DNA from: Octopus bimaculoides
Taxonomy: Eukaryota
Direction of reading: 5' to 3'
DNA: 64,000 nt
Assembly: GCF_001194135.2 (NCBI RefSeq)
Contig: NC_068991.1
Span: 15,045,761-15,109,760 of the forward strand
The notes under the pieces are model-generated. The model did no database searches, had not been told where the DNA came from, and saw only the letters and a list, made by a program, of their open reading frames with translations. Below are positions 1-13,169 of the stretch, one piece after another; position 1 is the first letter of the stretch; each line of letters opens with the position of its first letter. Position numbers and translations under genes: made by a program.

Positions 1-45
1 TTAATGAAAAATGTGGCCCCCGTTTTTAAAAAAGATCCAATATGA

Positions 46-254
46 TTAACCGTTAAGCATTCAGATTATTTTGTCAAACGTATTGCTTTTTCATTCACAT
101 TGTTTTTTAACTTATCATGCATTATCTCACAGCTTTGAAATTTTGATGACGTGATTGTATATTTTTGGGGATGGCATTGAAGGGTAGGTGTGATAAGCTG
201 GATCTGGTTGGTTATTCAGGACGGTTATGGTTAGTTTAAATGCTAAAGGGTTCA
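46..254 (+). mobile_element. Copy of the ~215-bp TTAA-flanked MITE
   Basis: ttaaccgttaagcattcagatt...ttaaatgctaaaggg. Confidence 0.75.
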
Positions 255-642
255 GAAAGGATTTAAAAGCAAAAAAAAAAAAATTCACTGCTGTAAAGTC
301 TGTTCTGCACTTCTTTTTCAGGACAAGTAACGGTCCATTGATAAGCATGGAATCTTTAAAACAACTGACAGTGCCCTTTACTGAAGGGTTCAACTGAAAT
401 GTAGCACCCAAGGAACTTTTGCAAATCAAAGTTGCAACAAAGTCATAATCAGTTTGGTGGTCAGTAAGTGGTATTATACATTACAGTCTCTTGAAACTTG
501 ACAGAGTGATCAAAGAAGAAAAGTATTGCTAAGTAATTGACAAAAGGCACCAAAAACTGCAACTCTTGCGACCAGCAGGAGATCAATCCATAAGGACCCA
601 ATTTTCACCATAACAACATGCAACCATGTATTTCACAAAGGA

Positions 643-920
643 CGTTGCCAGTGCCGCTGGACTGGCTCCTGTGCAGGTGGCACGTAAAATACACCATTTT
701 GAGTGTGGCCGTTGCCAGTACCACCTGACTGGCCTTTTGTGCCGGTGGCACGTAAAAGCACCCACTATACTCTCGGAGTGGTTGGCGTTAGGAAGGGCAT
801 CCAGCTGTAGAAACTCTGCCAGATCAGATTGGAGCCTGGTGTAGCCATCTGGTTTCACCAGTCCTCAGTCAAATCGTCCAACCCATGCTAGCATGGAAAG
901 TGGACGTTAAACGATGATGA
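643..920 (+). mobile_element. Short copy of the RTE 3'-UTR repeat family
   Basis: Near-identical to 54700-54939, with (ATG)n tail. Confidence 0.85.
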
Positions 921-1158
921 AAGATGATTCTGCAAGAACCTACCTCACCCAGCTTATTCTCTAGACCATTTTCTCAGACTGATAATCCCTTTTTTTCAAG
1001 CATCTACATAACTTCTTGCAAAAAATCATCAACATTTAAGCAGTAGCAACAGCTCAAAGCTGCCTTTTAAAACATTTAATTCCAGAACTGTGTAAGTTTC
1101 AATGGTTTTTATATTTTTATTAAAAAAAGATATTTTCAACTTAGATATATTGCTTTAA

Positions 1159-1595
1159 CCCTTTAATATTATGAGTACTCTGTCAAATTTAATGCTTTTT
1201 GATTCACACTGTTTTGAAGTAATCATACATTATCTTGTAGCTGATGATGTGGTTGCTTATTTTTGGAATGACATTGTAGGGTAGGTGTGAGAGGCTGAAT
1301 ATGGCCAGTCTGAACATAAAACAAGTGGAATATTTGGGCCGGAAACAGCTGGTTTAAGTACTAACGGGTTAATCCTTTAGAACTAAAATTACTCTCAAAT
1401 GTAATACCTCTTTACTAAACTTGTTTTTAATTTATCGTGCATTATCTCAAAGCATTGAACTTTTGTTGACTGATGTTGTTTATTATTAGAATGACATTGT
1501 AGGGTAGGTGTGAAAAGCTGGTTGGATCCGGCCACTTTGAACACCAAACATTTAGAATATTTGAGCCAGATATGGCCAGTTTAAATGCTGAAGGG
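1159..1595 (+). mobile_element. Two head-to-tail copies of a ~215-bp TTAA-flanked MITE (TIR consensus CCCTTTAGCATT)
   Basis: Copies 1159-1368 and 1373-1595 share the TTAA at 1369-1372; outer TTAA at 1155-1158 and 1596-1599. Confidence 0.8.
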
Positions 1596-3129
1596 TTAAA
1601 GCTGACTGTTAAAAACTATAGTTATTTCTGCACCAACCTGATAAAGCAAAATAAAATATGCAAAGACAGGATTTAAACAGCACACTAAAAGGGGCCCAGA
1701 ATGTAAATGCTTTCTTTTTCTTTTCTTTAAATTATACTGAACATACAAATAGAAACAACAAAGGAACAAAACAATGAAAAAAAAAAATGGACAAATGTAG
1801 TGGAAAAAATACTATAAGAAAATAGTATATTAAAAGAAAAATAACTAATTACCAAATTTTATTCATTTATTTTTTTTCTTTATTTTTAGTATACTAATAT
1901 TGTACAGATTAGTTTACCGTCATGTATTCAAATTTTATACATACACATACATATATACACTAGATACCCTATATATCTATATACATAAATATATATGTAT
2001 ATTTGCATGTATGGTGTGTATGTGTGTGTGTGCATATTTATGTTTATATATTTATATCACCATCACCATTTTAACGTCCCTTTTCCATGCTAGCATGGGT
2101 TGGACAGTTTGACAGAATCTAACGAGCTTCAAGACTGCATTGAGCTCCAATATCAGCTTTAGCATGGTTCCTACAGACAGATGCCCTTTCTAGAGCCAAC
2201 CACTTTACAGGGTGTACTCGGTGCTTTTTCCAACAACACCAGCACTGGGGAAATTACCAAGTAACTTACTAGAATAGAAGAGCCCCCACCCACACTCTAC
2301 AGAGTAGGAGTCTATTTGAGAGAAAGGAAGTGGTTTTATGCCAGCTGTTGAAAGACTAAAGTATGATAGAGGGACAAGCAGAAGTCTTGCTACAGATGAG
2401 ACACATGGCTACCCTGCATGATATGAAGGTGGGTGGAAGTAACTGGAAAGAAGATAAAGATGGTGATGACAGGGTGTCAGAATATACTTTCAAAGTACAA
2501 GATGAATATAAAGAAGAGTACAGACAGATTAGGGGTGAAGGAAAGAGTGGGCGATTTCATATGAGTGTGAGAGAAAAGTAACAGATGATAGAGACAGAGG
2601 TAAGGGTGAATGTAGTGAGTAATGAATGAGGGTGAATAAGATTGATGATACAGAGATAGGGTGAGAGATATAAAAGTGGCTCAAGAAGGAGGTGACTTGT
2701 CATAGCCTCAGAAAGTAGTGGTATGATGTACAGAGTGTTTAGAGGGAGGCGTACAGTGACAGAGATAGTGATCAGATGTACATGAGAGTAGCTGCAGTGA
2801 ACTGGGTGACAGTGGGGAAGGGGCATTGGTGACAGGTAACAAGAGGGTGCATGAGAAAGATAGAAGAAACGAAAAGTGCTAAAGATGAGGTATGGCAGGC
2901 CCAAGATGTAGCTCAGAGAAAAAGGGAAAGTTAACAAAAGGCACAGAAAGGGGATGAACAGTGGAAAGGTGGAAAATAGCATGGGGGAAGGATGTTAATG
3001 AGAATAAGGAACAGATACTAATAGCCAAGTGGTTCCAGATGCAAAGGAGGCAAATGGTGGCCCTCAAATGGTTACAGCTGCTGAGTACCAAAGGAATAAG
3101 AGATGTGAAGAATGCTTGATGGAGGAAGA

Positions 3130-4201
3130 TTGCAAGTAGGGGCAGGACCCAGCATGTATAGGTATTAACATAATGCTTTTATGACCTGACTTTCAACGTG
3201 ACGAAAGGGTCTTCCCAAGCACAGAGAATCGCCAATCATCTTCATCCTTTTGTCATTTCCTCCATGAAGCTCAACATCCTGAGCTAAACCTTCACTATTT
3301 AGCTTAATGTCTTTTAGGGTCTCCCTCTTCCATAAGTTACATCCATTTTAAGTGCTGATCCCTTAAGTACTGATCAGCACTTCTTTACATAGCTGTCCTC
3401 ATCCATTCACATCACACAGCCAACCCAGTGCAGTTTTCTCTCTTGCATGTTACACCTAACTCCTTTAATGCCTTTTTTTTTTTGCCCCCTCAACACATTT
3501 GCACTTTGTCATACATGCACACTGATATTATTACACATCCAACAGAGTATATTAGCTTCATTCCTCTCTGGACTTCACATACCTTCTGCATTCAGGGCCC
3601 GCATCTCACTATCATGGAGCAACCACTGCTGCACACAAGCATCATACAATCTTCCTTTGACTCTGAAAGAGACCTTTTGTTACCAAGAGAGGGAATAGGG
3701 TCCTGTCTATCTTCCTAGCAACTAGAACTTTGGTTTTTGCTAGTTAATCTTAAGGCCCTTTGATTCCAGATTTTGCTTCTACACCTAGAATTCCTTTTCT
3801 ATTTCTACTACAGATTCATTGAATATCATCACTGTACCCAATGCTAAATCTCACCTTACTAACAGTACCCCAATATATACATGCCAGTACATGGCATGTA
3901 TGGCTTTCACAAGCTAGCTTCCTCAGAGAGCACCAGATCACAGAACAAAGGGTTCTGTCAAAGGCTCCTCCAGGTGGATGAATGCCAAATATAGTGGCTT
4001 ACTTTTAGCTAAATAATTCACTTGTAATTGTCTTACTAGAAAGATGGCATCAGTGGTACCTCTCCCTGGCACAAAACCAAACTGGAGCTCGTCTAATCTA
4101 ATTCCGTTCTTAATTGAGCTATAACTCTTCATTTTGACCTGTTCCGCTAATTTGATGTGTCTGAAATTATTCCTAGCTAAAGCAGCTCCTGTAAAAGTCA
4201 A
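3130..4201 (-). mobile_element. Degraded RTE-clade LINE fragments (RT domain and C-terminal part)
   Basis: 3938-4201 translates IRLDELQFGFVPGRGTTDAIFLVRQLQ..YLAKSKPLYLAF (RT motifs). 3130-3720 shows decayed C-terminal RTE-like sequence. Boundaries approximate. Confidence 0.75.
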
Positions 4202-4365
4202 CTAAAATATATAGACATAGATAATAAACATACACACAGAAAAATCACTTAAACATACACATCTATATACACATATATATATATTATACCCACACCCAGA
4301 CATACGCACACACATACACATATGCAAATGTCTTTAAAATGCTGCCATAGCCCAACACCAAATAA

Positions 4366-5395
4366 TTAACGGTGTCTTCCTATAGAAAGATTCCGGCAAA
4401 TAATGTCTCTCTTAATCTTGACGCTGTCGGGGAGTGGGGGCAAGTTGGTCACCGGTAGGGAATCATCCCCTTCGTCTTCGACTTCATATACCATGTACTC
4501 TTCACCAATGTCATCACAGCCAATACAGAAGTTATGTAGAACACACGCTAAGTGAATTATATCCACAATGGTGCTGAGATTCGTGGACTCAATGACCTTC
4601 AGTCTGCGGAACCGTCCATGGAGCAAGCCGAAGGCGCGCGTAATGACTTTCTGGACAGTCATCAGGCAACTGTTGTAATACTGTTGAGCGTCTGTCTTTG
4701 ACTCGGAGGTGTAAGGTGTGATCAACCAATCGAACAGAGGGAAGGCAGCATCACCAACCAAATGGTGCGAGTTGCACAAGTGTGCACCACGCTCCAGAAG
4801 GTGGCTATCAATGAGAGTTTGAAAGTCATGGAGACGACCAGCGTGTCCAGTTGAACAGAATATAAACCTCATATCCCGCTGGCAGGCAGCAATTAACTTC
4901 ACCGAGTAGTACCCGTTTTTATTGTAAAACTTCTCCCTATCATTGTCTAAAGCTTTCACCTGAATGTGTGTGGTGTCCAAAACACCAATGACATTCTTTA
5001 AATTACTCAGAGTCTCAAATTCTTGTGATATAATCTGCTTATCAGCGTCTTTCTCAGGCCATCGTATGAGATTCTCTTTTGACTTAGAAAGAAGAGCTTT
5101 CATTATTTTACTACGGCGATTAAGAAAAGACTCTTCAGTGATTGAAAAACGTTGACAGATTTCTGACAAAGTATCTTGGGAACCCATATACCATAGAACA
5201 GATAACAAACTTTTTTCCAAGGTCTCTGGTTGGCTCCCTCGTGCCATCTCAATTGCTTCAGGACACGTACGCAGGTAGCTGAACACTTTCCAAAACGTCA
5301 CAGACGACATCCGAAAGTTACTCTTGAAATCTGTCGACAACCATGAAGGTATATCCTCACTGTATTTTTTTAACTTCCGTCGATCGGCTTTGGAC
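4366..5395 (-). CDS. Harbinger/PIF transposase-derived protein (HARBI1-like, DDE_Tnp_4 fold), 342 codons plus stop after a phase-2 acceptor; probable terminal exon
   Basis: Uninterrupted ORF with family motifs FRMS, IGVLDTTHIQV, FYNKNGYYSVKLIAAC, GRLHD, LVGDAAFPLFDWLITPY, YN..L...KVITRAFGLLHGRFRRL and ACVLHNFC. Acceptor ttttttttcttctcaatatcag|GTCC at 5395; stop TAA at 4366-4368. Confidence 0.9.
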
Positions 5396-5568
5396 CTGAT
5401 ATTGAGAAGAAAAAAAAATTCGGATCGAAATACAGCAACAGGTGGAAGGAAAACTAAACTGAATGAAGAAGTACAGACAAATATCATTTAACATTTAAAA
5501 TAAAGAATGAGGCAGCTTGAATGGCAAACCAACAGCTCTCTACCAGATTAACTGCACTAGGATTAACA

Positions 5569-5636
<68 letters not shown>

Positions 5637-5833
5637 AGAGAAAGAGAAAGAAAGACAGCTAAAAAGGTAAAAAGATTCTTTTGATCGACACAAACATGTC
5701 ATAAAAGAACAAGGCAACTGACCATACGTATAGACAGAAACAAACTATCGCTAAGAACCTGTTGCTGAAATTTATCTAGGCCACACAGAAAGAGCTCTGT
5801 CTCTTAACTTTAAACTTCTATGATTGATATGGG

Positions 5834-6367
5834 NNNNNNNNNNNNNNNNNNNNNNNNNNNNNNNNNNNNNNNNNNNNNNNNNNNNNNNNNNNNNNNNNNN
5901 NNNNNNNNNNNNNNNNNNNNNNNNNNNNNNNNNNNNNNNNNNNNNNNNNNNNNNNNNNNNNNNNNNNNNNNNNNNNNNNNNNNNNNNNNNNNNNNNNNNN
6001 NNNNNNNNNNNNNNNNNNNNNNNNNNNNNNNNNNNNNNNNNNNNNNNNNNNNNNNNNNNNNNNNNNNNNNNNNNNNNNNNNNNNNNNNNNNNNNNNNNNN
6101 NNNNNNNNNNNNNNNNNNNNNNNNNNNNNNNNNNNNNNNNNNNNNNNNNNNNNNNNNNNNNNNNNNNNNNNNNNNNNNNNNNNNNNNNNNNNNNNNNNNN
6201 NNNNNNNNNNNNNNNNNNNNNNNNNNNNNNNNNNNNNNNNNNNNNNNNNNNNNNNNNNNNNNNNNNNNNNNNNNNNNNNNNNNNNNNNNNNNNNNNNNNN
6301 NNNNNNNNNNNNNNNNNNNNNNNNNNNNNNNNNNNNNNNNNNNNNNNNNNNNNNNNNNNNNNNNNNN
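5834..6367. other. Assembly gap directly upstream (minus sense) of the HARBI1-like exon; one of many N gaps, mostly at microsatellites
   Basis: Run of N. Confidence 0.99.
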
Positions 6368-6895
6368 TTTTTTTTTTTTTTTTTTTTTTGCTATCAAAAA
6401 TATTTTATCGCAATCAGAACAAAAATGAAACCATTCAAGCTAAAACCACACACACACACACACACACACGGCTAGAAGCTAAATCACGTTTCCAAGGCAG
6501 CAGCAATGATGCTCGTAAGTATTAAGTAGGCCATAAATACATTTACAAAGTTTAAATAATTGCACTACTTTCTACACAAAAGCCAATCAATATACTAACG
6601 CAGAAAACATTAGATTACACGGGGCTGATGAAGATGAAACTTAATTCGAGAGCAATGGGTATCTCTTAAAGGGAAATGAATGCACAATGGGTTAAAAATC
6701 TTAAAATTGAATTAAATGAAGTGAGAAGGGATGACTAACGAGTGTGTAGTAGTAGAATATGAAATAAAAACAATGAAAGACTATCTAAATAGTAATGAGA
6801 CGAAATGAGAGAATTTTGAATAGAGATTCAAAAAGAAAAAAAATAGAGGACGCGCTAAAAACAATTTATATTAAATAATTTTTTGACATTGAAAG

Positions 6896-7116
6896 CCTTT
6901 AGCATTCTGATTATTTTATCAAATATAATGCATATTTATTCGCATTGTTTTGAATTACTCATGCATTTATCTCAAAGGTTCAAGATTTTGATGGTGCGAC
7001 TGTTAACTTTTAGAAAGATATAGGATAAGTAGGAGAGGTTGACTCTGGCTGATTTGAATATAGAATCGGTAGAGTATTTGGGCTGGGTATGACCAGTTTA
7101 AATGTTAATGGGTTAA
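6896..7116 (+). mobile_element. Copy of the ~215-bp TTAA-flanked MITE
   Basis: cctttagcattctgatt...aaatgttaatgggttaa. Confidence 0.7.
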
Positions 7117-7334
7117 GGAGAATGATGGTTAGAACTAAGATAGATTACAAGGAACTGTTTAAAAAGAACAAAATTAGATTAATGCAGCCCAGCTAGAATA
7201 TTCCAGTTGAAAAACTTGGAAAACCTAACGTTACCAAAATAGTGAATCGATATCCAATGTAAGCACTTCACCTGCATGACTGACACAACCACAAGCTGGA
7301 TTCCCTTTCAACAATATCCTTATGTTGACTAATA

Positions 7335-7422
<88 letters not shown>

Positions 7423-7989
7423 ACGTGCGTATGTGGATGTGCGTGTGTGTGTTTATTGTTTTGTTTCAAATCACGGCCAAATATCCAAACATTATTTTCC
7501 CAGAAATAACTCCACTAAGTTACCAGAAAATAATGCTAAATAAAGTATGCTTTGAGGTAATGGCAAACCATATTCTCTCTTCCTTTATCAAAGGGACAGT
7601 TAATTCCTAAGGAAACAGTCGTGGCTCAGATGTCCATTCCCATGACTACATTTCATAGATCATGTCAAAATCTTTTGTAACAGTCAATGAATAATAAACA
7701 GAGTAACATATATATATATATACATATACATATATATATATATATATATAAAATTAAAAACAACAGCAATAAAATTACAAAAATTAATTCAACAAGCAAC
7801 CACATCCTAACTAATGCTCACAAAAGAATCATGCAAAATGATGGTAAAAGATTAATAGTCCATGTCAATTATTGGAACCTCCAACAGATTTTTAATTAGT
7901 GCCACATTTTAAACCATTTAATTAGTCCTTTATGTAGTTCAAATAGTCAAATAAAGAGATCCATTCAATCTTGAATATATATTAATATC

Positions 7990-8430
7990 ACCATTTTAAT
8001 TCTGTTTTCTCCATGCTTCCATGAGTAAGATGGTCCTTCTCTAGCACAACTTCTTAATACTTGTTGTAGTTCATCATCATCTCCTTCGTAAGGTCCACAA
8101 TTCTGAAATAAGCCTTCAGTTCTTTCCATGTCTTCCTTCAACTTTTTTCTTGAATCACTTAACACTTCTTTACGCAATTGCCATCTTCCATTGGCATTAC
8201 GCGTCTGCACCAGTGCAGTCTTCTCTCTTGCACACTACAACCAATTCCACTTAATCCTAATTTTTCTCTCAACTCATTTGTAAGCCACCATTCATGCACA
8301 CTTAACTAACATTACACATCCAAGGAAAAACATGTGTACTTCATTTCTTTTCAAGTCCAGCATATCCTCTACATTCAATGCCCAAGTTACATCGCTACAC
8401 ACTCTTTTGGAAGAATACAGAGCATGCAGA
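7990..8430 (-). mobile_element. RTE-like LINE C-terminal relic
   Basis: Similar to 3130-3600 (ALNVEDM vs ALNAEGM), with (CAT)n and ccatgc tail pieces. Confidence 0.5.
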
Positions 8431-9063
8431 AAATAGTTATGTATGTATGTATACATGTGTATGTGACAGAGATATATAGTGGTTACATATCCAAACTGAG
8501 GTTTCAATTTAATCAACATTTTGGTCAACTGCACACTGTGAACTGAGAAGAAAGATTTGCTGAAGGTGTAAATATGATCCCAGAGTTCTTGAACATCACC
8601 AGAACATCAGCTCAAGTTGTCACTGCTATATGGAGAAACACTACAGCATCTTTTCAGTATGTTTGGAAATAAAAGATCAAGAAGAGACTACCAGCATTAT
8701 ATGGGCAACAGTAAATGAAGCACCAGCATTTAGGAACAGATCTCATTTCAGTAACCTCTGTTTTATAGAGAAATCCCATATCAATCACCACCCTACTACA
8801 CCAATCCTCAACAGAACAAACAAATTTAATGACATTTGTCAGATATTTTTCAAAGAAAAAAAGACACTGACTGGTTATCTTAAACAAGTGACTTCAACAA
8901 TCACATAACATGAAGCGATAGCGATCACATTTTACAATGATTTCTTCTCAATTTGCCAATGTGTACAGTTGAGAAAAAGGGGCAACTGAACAAGACTGTG
9001 GTTCGGAAACATAAATCTGATTACCTTACATAAGAAAAAAATTATGCAAAACTCTAAGCTGTT

Positions 9064-9385
9064 CTACACAAAGTAATAATTACCACTTTTCAGTTTTATA
9101 TGAAAAAAAACAAAACAAAGTGTGTGTGAATATATAGAGAGAGGGACTAATGAAGACAAGAAAACAAGCATTGCATTATAAGGTAATGCCACATAATTAC
9201 AAAAAGAAACATTATCACTATGCCTGTGGTAACCAAACAATTTTGAACATTCAGAATTGATCGCTGACTGTAGACATTCTTCAAAATTCTTATGCAAAAA
9301 CTGTCTCTCCAAATAGTTGATTGAAGCAGCAAAATCTACAAACACCAATACAACAAAATCTAGAAAACCTAAATTTTTTTCATCC
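9064..9385 (-). CDS. Candidate terminal exon with a helical segment resembling the C-terminal half of a BEN domain (INYLERQFLHKNFEECLQSAINSECSKL)
   Basis: Frame is open from a phase-2 AG at 9385 (weak pyrimidine tract) or a phase-1 AG at 9335 to the stop at 9064, followed by about 500 nt of non-repeat UTR-like sequence. Domain resemblance is by eye only. Confidence 0.25.
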
Positions 9386-10355
9386 CTGCTTTTTAAAGAG
9401 AATCACCACAAGCTATTTCCCTTGTGCTGTTATTGGGCAGGGAGTTTCTTTTCATTTTCTTTTTTTTTTGTACATGCATGCAATTTTCTCTATATTTTTT
9501 TTCTTTCATATATACATGTAAATTCTTTCGGCAACTCCAAACTGCTCTCCATCAATTAATTATCCTAATTTTACATACCCACTTCAAAAAAACAGTTACA
9601 TTTTCAACCATGCATTTGTTAATTCCATGTCACCCAAGCAGCATCCACTAAGCTATTCAATTTTACTGCATGCTCAATGTATATGAAATGATATGTTCTA
9701 CTTTACATAATTGTCTAGAGATTGGCAACAAGAAACTTGAAATAACAATCTGTGAAGAATCTGCCAACCACATTTCACTAGCAAGGCATTGCTAGTGGCT
9801 GTGGTAGAAGACACTTGCCCAAGTAACCATGCAGTGAGTCACCACTGGGACCATGTGGTTTCAAAGCAAAGCTTGGTAATCACACATATACATTCACTTA
9901 TGTATATGTATACATGCACACACAATTTCTTTTCAAACGGGGGGGGGGACACTTCAGAGAGATTATAGTAACTTCTTAGAGCGGAGTTCATCATTTCACA
10001 TTGCTAGGTGACTACTACTCCCAGGTTCCGGCCTTCAGAAAAATACATTCAAAACATAACAAAAGAAAACAGAAGTGGAATATGTAAATTGTTAAGTGGA
10101 ACCTATGGAGAGTGAAATTAANNNNNNNNNNAGAGATTATAGTAACTTCTTAGTGCGGAGTTCATCATTTCACATTGCTAGGTGACTACTACTCCCAGGT
10201 TCCGGCCTTCAGAAAAATACATTCAAAACATAACAAAAGAAAACAGAAGTGGAATATGTAAATTGTTAAGTGGAACCTATGGAGAGTGAAATTAAATAGC
10301 ACAATGAGATCACTGCTAAATAATATCAACACTGAATGCAATTTTTCACGACTTT

Positions 10356-10386
<31 letters not shown>

Positions 10387-11227
10387 CAGCAGCAGCAGCA
10401 GCAGCAGCAGCTTGGCACACTTTCAACTCTGATAGACTAGATTTATGATCAAAGGCATTCCAGCCATGGCCAATCCCAAATACCCAAAAGGGTCCTTTTA
10501 TCCACAAGGAATTCTACAATATGAGGGATATATATAGCAATATCTTGTGGAAAGACAAGTAACAACCTAGAGGTTTCCACACTAACTTGCTGACATCCGA
10601 AACCAAAATAACAAATGATACTACTTTCTATTGCATAAATTCAGAGATGGATCAGATCCGAGATTATGGCATGCTGGAACTGAAAAACAAATTATATCAA
10701 CCTCAGCGCTAGTAGCCTAATATTTTATTCATCATCTTTCAAAAGGATAAAAAATAAAGTCAACCTCAGTTTATGTATATGTACATCAACTTTATATTGG
10801 AACTTTTTTCCCCCTGTATGTTTTCTAACTCTAACCTACTAGCTGGTACTTGTGTATTTTGATAAGCACATGGTGATCATTCTGTTTAAATAGATCAAAA
10901 ATAAATTGAAAAAAAAAAAAAATGGAAAAAAAAAAAAATGGAAAAAAAAAACAAAAGAAAAAATACAAGAAGAAAATGTACATAACTGCAATTATTTTCT
11001 TTAAATTGCAAACATGTAACTACCTACCCACAACTCTACTACTTCTACTACTACTACTACTACTACTACGACTACTAACACTACTACATTTTCGTTTATA
11101 GATGTCGCTAGCAGAGCACATTACTGAGAAACAGTGGACGAAACCAATGGCTAAAGTTTTAAAGGTAAAATCAAGAGACATCCATAGCAATTGGCTGAAC
11201 AAATACAACAAATAGCCAAACATATAT

Positions 11228-11265
<38 letters not shown>

Positions 11266-12084
11266 TGGAAAGAACAACAGTTGACAAAGAGACAGAGGAA
11301 AATGGTTCGAAATACTCTTTAGCACCACACAGCTAAAGACGGGTTAAGTTCTTTAAACCGCACATTTAAATCCCCCTTTTTTAAATTTTATTTTTTTATA
11401 TGACAAGAAGAAAATCTGGGCAGTATATAATAAACAACAGCATAGTGGAAAGAAGAAATACAGTATGCATGTGTGTGTGTGTATATATAAATATATACAT
11501 ACATATATATATAGATATACATATACATACACACATAAATGCACACACTACACTCATACTAAATTTGCATCAAGCAGCAATTCTACTAACATCTACTTGA
11601 AATTTAAAAAAAAACTTTTTTGTCAATAAAAAATTTTTTTGTTTTTTTTTTTCCATTTTGTTTTGTTTTGTTTGAATTTTTTTTTTTTTTTCAGTAACGA
11701 AAAGTAAAAGACAATAATAATTTATACAAACTTAGTGTCACTCGTAATTTACTCCTTTTTCAAGCTGCCCCATAGAATTAAATATATACAACACATGAAT
11801 GTAAAAAAAAAAAAAAAAAAAAANNNNNNNNNNNNNNNNNNNNNNNNNNNNNNNNNNNNNNNNNNNNNNNNNNNNNNNNNNNNNNNNNNNNNNNNNNNNN
11901 NNNNNNNNNNNNNNNNNNNNNNNNNNNNNNNNNNNNNNNNNNNNNNNNNNNNNNNNNNNNNNNNNNNNNNNNNNNNNNNNNNNNNNNNNNNNNNNNNNNN
12001 NNNNNNNNNNNNNNNNNNNNNNNNNNNNNNNNNNNNNNNNNNNNNNNNNNNNNNNNNNNNNNNNNNNNNNNNNNNNNNNNNNNN

Positions 12085-12121
<37 letters not shown>

Positions 12122-13101
12122 AGTTTATTCTTATTTTTCTTAAATATTTTTCTCTCCAAAAAATTTAAAAAACCTTATATGAAAAATAACTATATATAAA
12201 AATGTAATAAGAGCATAAAAAAATTGTGTATTTTAAAGGGTATATTTTTCATTAAAATTCCACAAATCACTAAAACAATTAAAAGAAATTCATTAAATGA
12301 TAAAATAAAAAAATTATTTAAAAATACTTTTTTTTGTTTATGTATTTATTTATTTATTTATTTATTTTAAAATACCAAAAATGAAGACTACTTAGAATAT
12401 ACAATGCTCTCAGTAAGAATTAAGTGCAGAGCGAGTACAGATACCGTTATCAAACACTCAAGGTTCCAGTAAGCAGATCTATTATTATTACCGTCATTGT
12501 GCATAATTATTGTTTCAGTTACACTCATAACAAATGCAGACCAGTTCCTCTTTCACATGAACAACAAAAGATACAAATACGACACGAAACGGAACAAAAA
12601 CAAAACAGCACTACAAGAAACAAAAACTGTGATAAAATACATTCGAATAACGTTGCTTAAGACTGGAATTAACAGAAGCTCTCAATATATCTATTGACTG
12701 TTTTTGCCAGCTTATTTCCATTGTAAGCAGAAAAATAATTATGTAATCTTTCGACAATTGAATGCATTTAATTAAGAGGCTGTCATTAATGATTTAAGTG
12801 GCTTTTACACACGAGTGGCATTGATAGGCTGACACTTTAATAAAAGAACACAGACCAGCATGGCTGTGTTGTTCAGCTTACTTTGCAATCATGTGGTTTC
12901 AGGTTCCATCCCACTGCATGACACCTAAAGGCAACTGTCCTCAACTATAGCCCTGAGCCAAGCTCTGCCCAGTGTTTCTTTAACTATGGCCTTGCGCTAA
13001 CCAATTCCTTGTAAGTGGAATTGGTAGATGTAACTGTAAAAAGTGTGTGTGTGTGTGCGCGCACACATATGTGTGTGCGTGTGTGTGCGCGCACACATAT
13101 G

Positions 13102-13169
<68 letters not shown>

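Noticed and set aside
127-429. 100-aa minus-strand ORF
   Set aside because: No recognisable motif, and its 3' half runs through a MITE.
583-858. Recurrent ORFs such as MKPDGYTRLQSDLAEF (also 19591, 49571, 54536)
   Set aside because: Translations of the RTE 3'-UTR repeat, not genes.
5396-5487. ATG at 5487 as the start of a single-exon 373-aa protein
   Set aside because: The first 30 codons translate a pyrimidine tract (IFVCTSSFSLVFLPP...FFFLL) ending in a canonical acceptor, so intron is more likely. Not formally excluded.
8654-8887. ORF containing EDWC, like the start of the TIF1 PHD finger (NEDWC)
   Set aside because: The following residues lack the C4HC3 spacing; coincidence in UTR-like sequence.
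9956-10295. 165-bp direct duplication
   Set aside because: Near-identical copies flank a 10-N gap, typical of an unmerged contig overlap.
12790-12835. Acceptor followed by YQCHSCVKAT* (CxxC-like)
   Set aside because: Phase 1, only 11 codons, indistinguishable from chance.
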